Source: Candidatus Xenobia bacterium (GTDB taxonomy: Bacteria > Vulcanimicrobiota > Xenobia > Xenobiales > QWHO01). From it: a stretch of 30,284 nucleotides of DNA. The notes below the pieces were generated by a model, which saw nothing but the letters and a program-made list of their open reading frames with translations, was not told the DNA's origin and made no database searches. Shown in pieces: positions 8,163-17,412 of the stretch. Within the stretch, counting starts at the first letter, position 1; the number at the start of each line of letters is the position of its first letter. The translations under genes were made by a program, and so were the position numbers. The stretch covers positions 1 through 30,284 of the forward strand of contig BTUM01000090.1 of assembly GCA_045863235.1 (NCBI GenBank). The letters are read 5' to 3'.

Positions 8163-9347
8163 ATGGACTCCCTGCGCAGCGTGACTCAGCCCACCATCCG
8201 GACCCCCGGCGCCAGTGCTCGCAACCCTGCCCTCGACCGGGTAGAGCTGCGCGGCGAGTCCGAGCAACCTCCAGCCCTGGCGGCCGCCCTGCTACGGGCC
8301 GGCAAGCCATACTACGATGCTCGGGCCGACCAGGAGGCCCAGCGCCGCTACTACGGCAACTTGAACAGCCAGGGCTCGCCGCAGGACCTGTATCGTCGCC
8401 TCAGCGAGCTTGTCACCGAGACCCACACCACCCGCCGCGGCTACGAACCGTCAGAATACCTTTACGGCTGGGTGGACCTGCGCCCCAACCTGCGCCTCAA
8501 GTGCATCTACGACCCCAACCCGGTGGCCGTGGATGCCCCCGTGCGCGGCCTGCCCGAGGACTTCAAGATCAAGGTGCCGGTGGGCGAGATTCAGGTCAAG
8601 AAGCGCGGCAAGATGCGCAAGGTGACCCGATATGAGAATCGCTCGCTGGAGCAGCAAGCCGCCCAGTGGGTGCAGGCTCTCAAGCAGGGGCCCACCAACG
8701 CCGTCGAGCTGGCTCGCCGCATCGCCGAGATCGAGATCCGCAGCACCTTCAACTGCGAGCACGTCGTCCCCCGCATCTGGTTTGGCGACCGGGCCCCCAT
8801 GAACGGCGACCTGCACCACCTCTTCACCGCCAACCAGGATACCAACAGCGAGCGCTCCAGCCGTCGCCTGGTGGACTTCCCCGAGTATGACGGGGCTGAC
8901 GGCAAGGGGTATGCGCCCTACCACGACAACCGCTACGAGCCGGCCGCCGGCAAGGGGGCGGTAGCCCGGGCCACGCTCTACTTTCTGCTGCGCTACCCGT
9001 GCAAGGTGGGCGACGACCCGCGCGAGATCCAACCCGAAGACCTCAAGACCCTGCTGGAATGGCACCGCAGCGACCCTCCGGGCCTGTATGAGCGGCACCG
9101 CAATGCGGCCATCGCCGAGTTGCAGGGCAACCGCAACCCCTTCATCGACCATCCCGAGTGGGCCGATCGGATCGACTTCACCCGCGGGCTGGGCCCATCG
9201 GTTCCCGAGCGCCACTTACGGGCCAAGCGCCAGGCCCAGAAGTCCAATCGGTCCCAGCAGCAGCAACGCCCCCAGCATCAAGGCTCGCGGCGCAACCGCA
9301 AGAACCGAGGCTGGCAGCAGCAAAGCCACAAGTTCCGCCGCCGCTGA
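8163..9347 (+). CDS. endonuclease I family (His-Me finger) nuclease
   Basis: FNCEHVVP, DLHHLF..N..RS, KGAVARATLYFLLRY, WHRSDPP..E..RN....QGNRNPFIDHPEW; basic Q/R-rich C-terminal tail. Confidence 0.9.
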   Translation: MDSLRSVTQPTIRTPGASARNPALDRVELRGESEQPPALAAALLRAGKPYYDARADQEAQRRYYGNLNSQGSPQDLYRRLSELVTETHTTRRGYEPSEYLYGWVDLRPNLRLKCIYDPNPVAVDAPVRGLPEDFKIKVPVGEIQVKKRGKMRKVTRYENRSLEQQAAQWVQALKQGPTNAVELARRIAEIEIRSTFNCEHVVPRIWFGDRAPMNGDLHHLFTANQDTNSERSSRRLVDFPEYDGADGKGYAPYHDNRYEPAAGKGAVARATLYFLLRYPCKVGDDPREIQPEDLKTLLEWHRSDPPGLYERHRNAAIAELQGNRNPFIDHPEWADRIDFTRGLGPSVPERHLRAKRQAQKSNRSQQQQRPQHQGSRRNRKNRGWQQQSHKFRRR

Positions 9348-9382
9348 AGGTCTCGCTCGGCCCGGCAGCCAACTGGCTACCG

Positions 9383-10885
9383 ATGCGTCTCACCCTTCTG
9401 GCACTGCTTCTGTTGCTGGCATGCTCTTCCCCCCCCGCGCCCTCGCCGACCCCCTCCTCCAGCCCCAGCGCGACAACGACCCCCTCCGCCTCTCCAAGCG
9501 CCACGGTGGTGGAGCCGCCGCCCGCCAACGAGACGCTGGAAGACTACGCTCGCCGTCTTCAGGGTCGGCACAGCTACGGGGTCTACATGGCCGGCAAGAA
9601 GGCTGGCTGGGCCCTGATGAGCTTTCAGCTCGAGTCTCGCCAGGGTCGCCAGGTGCTCGTCTTCCGCGAGAACTTCTCCATGCGCATCACCTTCATGGGC
9701 CAGAAATCGAGCCTCGACTCCAAAGCCGAAACCGTCTACGCCCTGAGCGGCAAGGGCGAGATTCTGTCGGCCCAGGAGACGGAGGACGAGGACGGCAACC
9801 GGACCGAGACCCGCGTCAAGCCGGTAGCGAGCGAGTACGAGGTGAGCACGACCAGCCAGGGGCGGGTCTCCCGGCGCAAGGTCAGGGTCGAGCGCGACAA
9901 CCTCGAGCACGCCCGCCAGTTCGAGCGCTGGCTGCGCACCGCCAGGGCGGGCGACAAGTTCGAGCAGTACAGCGCGAGCTGGGACGAAGATCCCGTCGAA
10001 ACGGCCGACGAGGTGATCCTGGAAGGCCGGGAGAGCATCCTCTGGGGCGGGGTACGAACGGTTTTGTACCGGGCCACCATCGTGCATGACGGAGGTCGCA
10101 TGAACGCCCTGCTCCAGGCCGACGGCACCCCCTGGAAAGCCACCGTGGGCGGCGTGATCGAGTTGCGCGCCGAGGAGGAGGAGCTGGCCAAGCGGATGGA
10201 CGTTCCGGTCGACATGCTGGAGATCACTGCCCTGCGCATCGACCGCCCCCTGGACAAGGACGACCTGGAGCACCTCGAGCTGGAGGTGGAGGGGGCCGAC
10301 GGCTTCAAGCTGCCCGCCTCCCACCGCCAGAAGGCGGCGCTTCGCCAGGGCAAGACCGTGTGGACGCTCAAGCGCGACTTCCGGGTCAAGGACCAGCAGC
10401 CCATCTCGGCCGCCGAGCGCAAGGAGAACCTGAAAGCCACCCCGGAGCTCGAGCAGGACGAGGTGATCAAGAAGCTGGCCCGCAAAATCGCCGGCCCGGG
10501 CACCCCCGTCGAGCAGGCCAACCGCCTTCAGGATTGGCTCTACAAGAACCTGGAGAAGTCCTATTCCCGCAACGCGCGCACCGCCCGCGACGTGTTGGCC
10601 AACAAGGCCGGCGACTGCACCGAGCACGCCCGCCTGTTCGTGGCCCTGGCCCGCTCTCTGGGCATTCCCGCCCGCGAAGTGGGCGGCCTGGTGGCGCCCC
10701 AGTCCGAGCCGATGTTCGCCTGGCACGCCTGGGCCGAGATCCACGACGGCCACCAGTGGGTCAGCGTCGATCCCATGTGGAACGAGGTCTACGTCGACGC
10801 GACCCACCTGAAGATGTCCCAGGGCACCCGGGACTTCAGCTGGATCAATGTGGCCGGCTCGCTCAAGCTCAAGGTCCTCGACTGA
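9383..10885 (+). CDS. transglutaminase-like domain lipoprotein
   Basis: MRLTLLALLLLLAC lipobox and P/S/T linker. Catalytic triad motifs GDCTEHA, WHAWAE, WVSVDP. Confidence 0.9.
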   Translation: MRLTLLALLLLLACSSPPAPSPTPSSSPSATTTPSASPSATVVEPPPANETLEDYARRLQGRHSYGVYMAGKKAGWALMSFQLESRQGRQVLVFRENFSMRITFMGQKSSLDSKAETVYALSGKGEILSAQETEDEDGNRTETRVKPVASEYEVSTTSQGRVSRRKVRVERDNLEHARQFERWLRTARAGDKFEQYSASWDEDPVETADEVILEGRESILWGGVRTVLYRATIVHDGGRMNALLQADGTPWKATVGGVIELRAEEEELAKRMDVPVDMLEITALRIDRPLDKDDLEHLELEVEGADGFKLPASHRQKAALRQGKTVWTLKRDFRVKDQQPISAAERKENLKATPELEQDEVIKKLARKIAGPGTPVEQANRLQDWLYKNLEKSYSRNARTARDVLANKAGDCTEHARLFVALARSLGIPAREVGGLVAPQSEPMFAWHAWAEIHDGHQWVSVDPMWNEVYVDATHLKMSQGTRDFSWINVAGSLKLKVLD

Positions 10886-10974
10886 CGACTCGTCGCAGAC
10901 GAAGCTCTGGAGCCGAGCTGATCGGCGATGATCGTGAATCTTGCTCTCGCGTCACCGCTTGAGAAAACCGGAAG

Positions 10975-11973
10975 CTACTGGACCTGCAGGTTGAAGCGGA
11001 TGATCTCGATGGAGTGAATCGGCTCGCCGTTGCGGGTGCCCGGCTCCCAGGTCGACTCCTGCAAGGTCCGGATGGCCATCTCGTCCACCTCGCGGTTGCC
11101 TGAAGACTCGAGCAGGCGCACCTTCACGCTCCCATCGGCCGAGATCTCCACCCGCGCCCGGACGCTGGTCCTGGTCAGCTCCCGGCGCACCTCGGCAGGC
11201 AGGTCGGGAAAGGGCGCCTGGTTGACCATGCGGCCCTTTTTGCTGCCCGAGCGCGCCATCGCGACCGGAGCTGGCGCGGGCGGCGGCGGGGGGGCCTGGG
11301 GTGGCGCAGGCGGGGCCGGCGGGGGGGCCACCGGCTCGGGCTGAGACACCGGTGCAGGGGGGGCCGGGGGGGCCGGGGGAGCCGGCGGGGCCGGCGGTGC
11401 GGTCGGATCCCCGGCGGGATCTCCGGCCGGGTCACCGGCCGGCTCGGGAACGGGGGTACCCACCGCCACGGGCTCGAGCGGAGGAGGGGGAGCGATGGGC
11501 TGGTCGGGCCGCGTGGCCGGCCCGCTGGTGAGGACCCGCGGCCGGGCAGCCGGGGGACTGGACACCTGTCGGCCCTGGGCCGGACGGGGCCTGGCCGCCG
11601 GACGTGCGACTTGCGTCCGGGCCGGGCGGGGGCGGGCGGTCGGCACCGCCTGCGGGGTCACCTTCGGCCGGGGGCGCGGCGTGACCCGGGCCACCGGCCT
11701 GGGCCGGGGTGCCGGCTTCGGGGTGACCCGGGCGACCGGCTTCGGCTTGGGCTTGGGGGTGACCCGGACCACCGGCTTCGGCTTGGGTTTGGGCGTGACC
11801 GAGGGCCTGGGTTTGGGGGTTTCCTTGGGACGCGGCTTGACCAAGCGCACTTCCACCCGGGGCCGGACGGGGGGACGCTGGCGCGGGGGTTTGGCCTGCA
11901 GCCAGGCCGAGAAGAGCGGCACGATGACCAGCAGGTTCAAGACCACCGAAAAGAGCAGCCAGCGCCAGCTCAA
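10975..11973 (-). CDS. tonB: energy transducer TonB
   Basis: N-terminal TM, Pro/Lys-rich spacer, TonB C-terminal domain (ISADGSV..LLESSGNREVDEMA..WEPGTRNG). Confidence 0.9.
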   Translation of the reverse strand: MSWRWLLFSVVLNLLVIVPLFSAWLQAKPPRQRPPVRPRVEVRLVKPRPKETPKPRPSVTPKPKPKPVVRVTPKPKPKPVARVTPKPAPRPRPVARVTPRPRPKVTPQAVPTARPRPARTQVARPAARPRPAQGRQVSSPPAARPRVLTSGPATRPDQPIAPPPPLEPVAVGTPVPEPAGDPAGDPAGDPTAPPAPPAPPAPPAPPAPVSQPEPVAPPPAPPAPPQAPPPPPAPAPVAMARSGSKKGRMVNQAPFPDLPAEVRRELTRTSVRARVEISADGSVKVRLLESSGNREVDEMAIRTLQESTWEPGTRNGEPIHSIEIIRFNLQVQ

Positions 11974-12413
11974 GGAGTCGTCCCGTGAGAGTCGGTAGCG
12001 ATGGCGAAGCGCACGATCCCCAGACCGCGCAGGGTATCCATCACCTCGACCACCTGCTTGTGCATCACCTGCATGTCGGCGTTGAGAATCACGCCGTGCT
12101 CTTGCAGACCGCGCATGCCTTCGGGATGGGTCCGGGCCATCTGCTGAACGGCCTGGGCCAGACCGCCGGGGGCAACACGATCCTTGTTCAGGTAGATCTC
12201 GCCTGCCCGGGTCACGGTGACCGTGACCTCGGGCACCTCCTTGCCCGCTTCACCCGTGTTGGCGCCGGGCAGGTCGACGGGAATGGCCTGCTGGTGAACC
12301 AGCGCGGCCGTGGAGAGAATGTAGAACACCAGCAGCAAGAACATCACGTCGATCATGGGAATGATCTCGAGCCGGCTGGGGCGCTTGCGCCTTCTCTCTC
12401 CGAACAGCTTCAC
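11970..12413 (-). CDS. exbD: biopolymer transporter ExbD/TolR
   Basis: IIPMIDVMFLLLVF TM with conserved Asp; VILNAD...VVEVMD. Confidence 0.93.
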   Translation of the reverse strand: MKLFGERRRKRPSRLEIIPMIDVMFLLLVFYILSTAALVHQQAIPVDLPGANTGEAGKEVPEVTVTVTRAGEIYLNKDRVAPGGLAQAVQQMARTHPEGMRGLQEHGVILNADMQVMHKQVVEVMDTLRGLGIVRFAIATDSHGTTP

Positions 12414-13042
12414 TTGTCGTCTCGCAACAGCATGATTTCGGCTGCCACCAGCTCGGACTCGTCGAGCAGGGCGTCGATCCAGCCTCGAAACGAGTTATAG
12501 AAAAGCACCGCGATCACCGCGATCAGGATGCCGAAAGCGGTCGCCACGAGGGCCTCGCCGATGCCGGCGGTGACGTGGCTCGTGTCGGCTTGAGGGTCGT
12601 GAGCCAGTCGCTGGGCGACCACCCGGAAGACCCCCATCATGCCGGTGATGGTGCCCAGCAGCCCCACCAGGGGAGCAGCCGTGATGGCTGTTTCCAGCAC
12701 TGAGAGATGGCGCTCGAGCGGAGGCACAGCCCGGCGCGCCGCCGCCGCCATGGTGGCTTCCAGCACGCTGTTGGGCTTCTCCCAGGAGTCCACCGCCGCC
12801 CGGGCCACGGCCGCCACCGGGCCCTTGAGGCCGCGCAGCCACTCCTGAGCCTCCTTGAGCTGGCCCGCTCGGATGTGCTGGCTGAGGCGGTTGCGGAAGG
12901 CGTCTCCTCCTCGCTCGGTCGCGAGCAGAGTGAAGAGGCGCTCCAGGATGACCGCCAGGGTGATGATGGACCCGATCAGAAGCGGGATCATCACCACCCC
13001 GCCCATCTTGAGTGTTTCGATCATTGAGCTGCTACCATTCAT
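12410..13042 (-). CDS. exbB: MotA/TolQ/ExbB proton channel protein
   Basis: APLVGLLGTITGM and GIGEALVATAFG motifs; start is 13042 or 13024. Confidence 0.93.
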   Translation of the reverse strand: MNGSSSMIETLKMGGVVMIPLLIGSIITLAVILERLFTLLATERGGDAFRNRLSQHIRAGQLKEAQEWLRGLKGPVAAVARAAVDSWEKPNSVLEATMAAAARRAVPPLERHLSVLETAITAAPLVGLLGTITGMMGVFRVVAQRLAHDPQADTSHVTAGIGEALVATAFGILIAVIAVLFYNSFRGWIDALLDESELVAAEIMLLRDDK

Positions 13043-15374
13043 AAGTTGCGTTCAGCAGCACACGGCGGCCCTGAACGAAGCGGGTACCCGAGAATTCGCT
13101 GAAAAAGTTCAACAAGGTTCGGTCGTCGAACACGTTAAGCACGTCCACGCTGAATCCTGGTCCGCTGACCGGCTTGCCTTGCTCGTCGCGGGGCCGGTAG
13201 CCGAAGCGGAGATTGCCGATGAAGCGGGGAATGCGCTCGCCGGCATAGCCGAACGGGTTGACCCCGATGGCGTTGTAGAGCGGCAGAAACTCCTGCGGGT
13301 AGCCGGACCCGTAGTACCCATCGGCTCCCGCGAACCAGCCCTCCTGCCAGGTGTGGCTGAAGCCCCCGGTCAGCTGCACCCGCTGATCATGGTCGTTGTA
13401 TTCGGGAAAGTGACCTCCCTGGGGGCTGGGAGTCAGCGGGCGGGAGCTGCCAATGGTGGCCGTGCCGAAGCCGTTCCAGCCGGTGGGATTGGAGGTGTTG
13501 AGGCTCAGCTCGATCCCCTGGTAGAGAGCGGTAGGGAAGTTGATGGGCGCGAAAACGGGGATGTTGGAGTTGGGAATGAGCAGGGCGATGTCCACCTGGT
13601 CGGTCATATCCTTGCGCACCAGCGCCACCTTGCCCACCAGGTTGGAGGCCAGCTGGTTCTCGTAGGAGAGCTCGTAGGCCGAGATGCGCTGAGGAAGAAC
13701 TCCGCTGCCTCCAGCCACGTTCAGCTCCAGCGGCGGGGGCTGGAAGAGCCGGTTGAAAGAGGCCCGAAATACCTGGGTATCGGTGGGGCCATAGGCCAGG
13801 TTGACCGAGGGGCTGACCTGGCCCGTGTTGACCGTAAAGCCGTCGTTGAACCGGTCGGCACGCAGGCCGTAGTTGAGGGTGAACTCGTCGGAAAAGGGCA
13901 CGGTGTGGCTGAAATAGACGCCCCCCGAGAAACCGTCGCGGATCACATTGGCGGTGAACCGCACCGGAGGCGGCAACGTGGGGTCGCTCTGGGGCAACCC
14001 GCCTCCCCCGCCGGCATCGATCACGTCCACGAACTGTCTGCTGTGGATGAAGTTGGCGGTAGCGCCCACCTTGATTTTGCCCTCCCCCAGCTGGTGGGTG
14101 TATTCCAGGCTGGGTTGAAACTGGCTCAGCTTGAGGTCGGTGACCGGAAGATAAGGGCTGCCAGGGTTGCCCGGCCGCGAGGTGGCTCCCTCCTCGGCCA
14201 GCTCTGGCTCGACCGCCGGGCTGATGGGGAACCAGGGAGTAAAAACTCCATTGTTGTTGACGCTCTGAGCGGAGCTCAGATAGCTCAAACCCAGCTGCAG
14301 ATTCCCATCCTCACCGAGTTTTCGCTGCCAGGACAGCACGGCCAGGGTGTTGCGGTCGTTCTGGTTTTGAATGACTCCTGCGGCGAAGTTCTGGGGCGTC
14401 TGGGGAACCCCCAGGTCGGCGTTCTGGTAGGCCACCGTGAATCCGATGTCGTCTTGCTCGGTCTTGCCGTGCAGGCGAACCACGAGATTGGTGTCGGTGG
14501 CCGTGTTGTTGAGTGTCTGCTCGGTGGGATTGGGAGCCTCCAGGCGCATGTCGGTGCGACCGAGCCGGGCCCCCACGAAGTAGTCGAAAGTCTTGTCCTC
14601 GTTGGCCCCGCCCGCCCGAATGAGGCCTTCCACCTGACCCACGTTGCCACCCCGGGTGGTCACCTCGACGAACGGCTCGGGGCGGCTGAGCGTGACCATG
14701 TTCAGCACAGCGCCTGTCTGGCCGCCCACCGAGGCGTCGAACCCACCGGTCTGGATGTCCAGACTCTGCAGAAACCGTGGGTCGATGAGCTGGGAGGTAG
14801 AGCTGGCCATGGTGACCGGCACGTCCAGTCCGTCGATGGAGAGCGACACCGACTTGTGCTCGCCCCGAACATGAATCTGGCCCAGCGAGTTGGTCTGCAC
14901 TCCCGGCATCGTGCCCACCACGTCCTGCAGCGAGGCGCTGTTGGCCAACTGCTCGATCTGGCGTGCGTCACGCCGCGTCGTTGGGGCAGTGCTGCCCCGA
15001 TTAACCAGGAGTCGGCTCTGTACCACGTCGATCACCGTCTCCTCGCCCTTGGCGAGCATGAGAGCCTGGAACTTGACCGGGGCATCGGGCGTCACCCGCA
15101 CCTCGGCTTCAGACGACTCGTAGTCGGCGTGGCTCAGCTCGAGCGTGTAATCCCCGGTCAAAAGGCGCTCGAACCGCGCCTTCCCCTGAGCGTCCGTGAC
15201 CGCCTCGGCGGTCACGCTGGTGGCGTTGGCCTGGCGCACCTTCACGGTCACACCAGCCACGGGCTGGTCGGTGGTGGCCGAGACCACCTCCACGTCCAGG
15301 GTTCCCAGGACTTCTACGGCTAAAGCCAGCGTGGTGAGGGCTGCGAGCACCCCGGACACAAGTATCGCACGCAT
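13032..15374 (-). CDS. TonB-dependent receptor with N-terminal carboxypeptidase-regulatory-like domain
   Basis: Signal peptide from ATG 15374 (GGAGAG SD), TDAQGKARF..GDYTL domain, plug motifs (MPGV..IHVRG; GGFDASVGG..GAVLN), YGLRAD, C-terminal aromatic YEW. Confidence 0.92.
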   Translation of the reverse strand: MRAILVSGVLAALTTLALAVEVLGTLDVEVVSATTDQPVAGVTVKVRQANATSVTAEAVTDAQGKARFERLLTGDYTLELSHADYESSEAEVRVTPDAPVKFQALMLAKGEETVIDVVQSRLLVNRGSTAPTTRRDARQIEQLANSASLQDVVGTMPGVQTNSLGQIHVRGEHKSVSLSIDGLDVPVTMASSTSQLIDPRFLQSLDIQTGGFDASVGGQTGAVLNMVTLSRPEPFVEVTTRGGNVGQVEGLIRAGGANEDKTFDYFVGARLGRTDMRLEAPNPTEQTLNNTATDTNLVVRLHGKTEQDDIGFTVAYQNADLGVPQTPQNFAAGVIQNQNDRNTLAVLSWQRKLGEDGNLQLGLSYLSSAQSVNNNGVFTPWFPISPAVEPELAEEGATSRPGNPGSPYLPVTDLKLSQFQPSLEYTHQLGEGKIKVGATANFIHSRQFVDVIDAGGGGGLPQSDPTLPPPVRFTANVIRDGFSGGVYFSHTVPFSDEFTLNYGLRADRFNDGFTVNTGQVSPSVNLAYGPTDTQVFRASFNRLFQPPPLELNVAGGSGVLPQRISAYELSYENQLASNLVGKVALVRKDMTDQVDIALLIPNSNIPVFAPINFPTALYQGIELSLNTSNPTGWNGFGTATIGSSRPLTPSPQGGHFPEYNDHDQRVQLTGGFSHTWQEGWFAGADGYYGSGYPQEFLPLYNAIGVNPFGYAGERIPRFIGNLRFGYRPRDEQGKPVSGPGFSVDVLNVFDDRTLLNFFSEFSGTRFVQGRRVLLNATYEW

Positions 15375-15410
15375 CGTAAACTTCTCTCCCGAAAACATCT
15401 TGATAACGAC

Positions 15411-15432
15411 AAACGATACTCTGTTATCGTTT
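15411..15432. promoter_or_regulatory. palindromic operator AAACGATA-CTCTGT-TATCGTTT over the TBDR promoter
   Basis: Perfect 8-6-8 inverted repeat overlapping the spacer and -10 (TATCGT) of the minus-strand TTGACA promoter. Confidence 0.7.
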
Positions 15433-15435
15433 ATT

Positions 15436-15454
15436 CTGTCAAGCAGGTTGACAG
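15436..15454. promoter_or_regulatory. back-to-back sigma70 -35 elements of divergent promoters
   Basis: CTGTCAA-GCAGG-TTGACAG gives TTGACA on both strands, with candidate -10s 18 nt away (TATCGT minus; TGaTATGAG plus). Confidence 0.65.
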
Positions 15455-15470
15455 GAACTCAATCGAAGTG

Positions 15471-15492
15471 ATATGAGTTTGACTTATCATTA
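15471..15492. promoter_or_regulatory. imperfect palindromic operator ATATGAGT-TTGACT-TATCATTA
   Basis: Same 8-6-8 architecture; its reverse complement starts TAATGATAAG, identical to 20908-20917; overlaps the -10 of the lipoprotein promoter. Confidence 0.6.
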
Positions 15493-15511
15493 CAGATTGA
15501 GAGCTACCTTT

Positions 15512-16045
15512 ATGGCCCGCCACCTCTTTGTCCTGCTCTGCGCAGTTGCTCTCTTGAGCGGCTGCAGCGGGGAGGGCGGAACCAATACCAATACCTTCGA
15601 GGTTATCACCGTGCCTTCGGTGGGAACGCTCGCGTTGCGCTACAATCAGCCTTTCCCGGACGGGGTCGACCAGCTTCGGGTCTCGGGCTTCGCAGAGGAA
15701 GAAGCCGGGCACGATCACGCCCATCGAGAGAGCATTCAGGCCCAGGAGGAGGACGAGCACGAGGAGGAAGAGCACGAGCATGAAGAGTTGGTCCTTGTGT
15801 TCGGGCCTGAGACCCGCTCGGCCGTCACAGACATCGACCTGACCGGCGTGCCGACCAATGTCGTTCATGTGGAGATCGAGTACCTGGCAGGCGCAGAGGT
15901 CGCAGGTCACTCAGAGGTAGACGTGGAGTTGAGCAACGGCGCCACCTACGTCATCAGCAACCCAGAAATCGAGCTCGAAGAGGAGCACGACGAGCACGAG
16001 GAGGATGGCGAGCATGAAGAAGACGAGCACGAGCACGAAGAGTAG
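15512..16045 (+). CDS. His/Glu-rich lipoprotein, putative metal-binding
   Basis: MARHLFVLLCAVALLSGC lipobox; internal GHDHAH..EEDEHEEEEHEHEE and C-terminal EEEHDEHEEDGEHEEDEHEHEE tracts. Confidence 0.8.
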   Translation: MARHLFVLLCAVALLSGCSGEGGTNTNTFEVITVPSVGTLALRYNQPFPDGVDQLRVSGFAEEEAGHDHAHRESIQAQEEDEHEEEEHEHEELVLVFGPETRSAVTDIDLTGVPTNVVHVEIEYLAGAEVAGHSEVDVELSNGATYVISNPEIELEEEHDEHEEDGEHEEDEHEHEE

Positions 16046-16211
16046 TAGAGCTCGAGCTCCTCGCGTTCCCGTCACGTTGTGGCTGCTCACGCAGCGCAGT
16101 GTGCTGGGCCCTCTCGGGGTGGATATTCTTCGCTCGAGGCTGTGCGGAGTGAGTGAAGCCAGCCCCCGCTGAGTTGAAATCGCGACCAGGCTCGAGTAGA
16201 AAAAGAGCACC

Positions 16212-16376
16212 TTGCCCGGCCGACTGCACCGGCCACGACAAGGTCCGAATTGCGGACACGAAGCCGTCCCGCACGGGGATCACACCGATTACCTGGTGGA
16301 CGGGCACCTGCACCGCCAGCACGGTGACCACTGCGACAACCACGGTCAAGTCCAGGTCGTGCAGGTCGAGGCTTGA
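16212..16376 (+). pseudogene. half-length or frameshifted paralog of the His/Cys-rich protein (54-aa ORF missing from the ORF track)
   Basis: Frame +3 encodes GPNCGHEAVPHGDHTDYLVDGHLHRQHGDHCDNHGQVQVVQVEA*, 33/40 identical to the C-half of 16539..16889. In-frame TAG at 16197; homologous-looking CPADCTGHD lies in another frame. Confidence 0.7.
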
Positions 16377-16487
16377 CCACGCACGACGGTGACCTTGTGG
16401 CCCCTGGACCACGCCTCCTGACCCCGGTGGAGCTACAGCGCGGGCCAGGAGGCCGGAGCGACCGAAAGACCCCTTCCCGGCCTGGGG

Positions 16488-16519
16488 GGAAGTGGGAGAC
16501 GCTCGCTTCTCCCACTTCC
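16488..16519. terminator. 12-bp stem hairpin between convergent His-rich genes
   Basis: GGAAGTGGGAGA-N8-TCTCCCACTTCC perfect inverted repeat; no clear U-tract. Confidence 0.55.
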
Positions 16520-16538
16520 GGCTGAAGCCCTGACGTGC

Positions 16539-16889
16539 CTACTTCACCACTGTAACCGGGCCATGGTTGTCACAATGGCCATCGTGCTGATGATGCAGGT
16601 GGCCGTCCACCAGGTAGTCCACGTGATCGCCATGAGGCACTGCTTCGTGACCGCAGCCCGGGCCGTGCACATGGCCAGGCTCGTGGGCGCTGCAGGAATG
16701 TCCGTTGGTGCAGCCGGCCGGGTTGACGTCATTCACTTCCAGAACGTGCTCGGCAACCTGTCCGTGCTCACAGCTGTGGTGGAGGTGACCATCGTGCAGA
16801 TAGTCAACGTGGTCTCCATGCTGAATTGCCGTATGGCCGCAGCCGCTACCGTGCTGATGGGGATGGTCCGTGTGATGATCGTGTGACAT
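16539..16889 (-). CDS. His/Cys-rich small protein, putative metal-sequestering protein
   Basis: 116 aa with 28 His and 6 Cys; two CGHxAxxHGDHVDYLxDGHLHH repeats; GAGGAGG SD; directly downstream of the ArsR/SmtB gene. Confidence 0.9.
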   Translation of the reverse strand: MSHDHHTDHPHQHGSGCGHTAIQHGDHVDYLHDGHLHHSCEHGQVAEHVLEVNDVNPAGCTNGHSCSAHEPGHVHGPGCGHEAVPHGDHVDYLVDGHLHHQHDGHCDNHGPVTVVK

Positions 16890-16899
16890 CTTATCCTCC

Positions 16900-17241
16900 T
16901 CAATGTGGCTCCATCGCGTGAGCCAGTGCGTTTGCCAGAAGATTGATGACGTGGTCGTCGGCCAGGCAGTAGTAGATGTGCTTGCCCTCCCGTCGGCGAC
17001 TCACGAGCCCCTCGGCTCGAAGGACCTTGAGGCGCTGGGAGACGGTCGAAAGCCCCTCCCCCAACTCGAGAGCCAGCTCTGTGACGCAGCGCTCGTTTCT
17101 AAACAGTCGTTCCAACAAGCGCAGCCGTGCCGGGTCTCCAAGAGCGCGAAAGAGCTCGGCTGCCCTTTGCAGCTCTCGGTCCGCGATCTGCTCCGGCCAC
17201 CCGCCGGGAGTGTGCTCACACTCCAACAGTTCATCAACCAT
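16900..17241 (-). CDS. ArsR/SmtB family metalloregulator (SmtB/ZiaR-like)
   Basis: FRALGDPARLRLL, ERCVTELA, VSQRLKVLR, RREGKHIYY; alpha5 site D-x-H-x10-H-x2-E (DDHVINLLANALAHAME) and N-terminal CEH. Confidence 0.92.
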   Translation of the reverse strand: MVDELLECEHTPGGWPEQIADRELQRAAELFRALGDPARLRLLERLFRNERCVTELALELGEGLSTVSQRLKVLRAEGLVSRRREGKHIYYCLADDHVINLLANALAHAMEPH

Positions 17242-17278
17242 TGAAACAATGAATACATATAGCCGGACTCCTTGTCAA
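17242..17278 (-). promoter_or_regulatory. promoter/operator of the ArsR gene, probably leaderless
   Basis: Minus strand TTGACA-17-TATTCA ends 8 nt before the ATG; no SD; AT-rich CATTG-AAA-CAATG inverted repeat at the start codon. Confidence 0.5.
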
Positions 17279-17412
17279 GTCCCCGGCCGACGCGACTCCC
17301 GTCGAGCCCGGGCGACAACCGGAGCGGGTCCGGCGCGTGGCCGGAGAGCTCGGCCTGGAGGAGCACCAGGCCGAGCTTTTCGCCTGATCAGAAGGTGGCC
17401 CAGCTGGGGTAA

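Noticed and set aside
11270..11830. GC-rich repetitive DNA in tonB
   Set aside because: Explained by the normal Pro/Lys-rich TonB spacer (PAPPAPP, VTPKPKP).
12855..15323. 822-aa + strand ORF
   Set aside because: Antisense shadow of the TonB-dependent receptor; no motifs, expected in GC-rich DNA.
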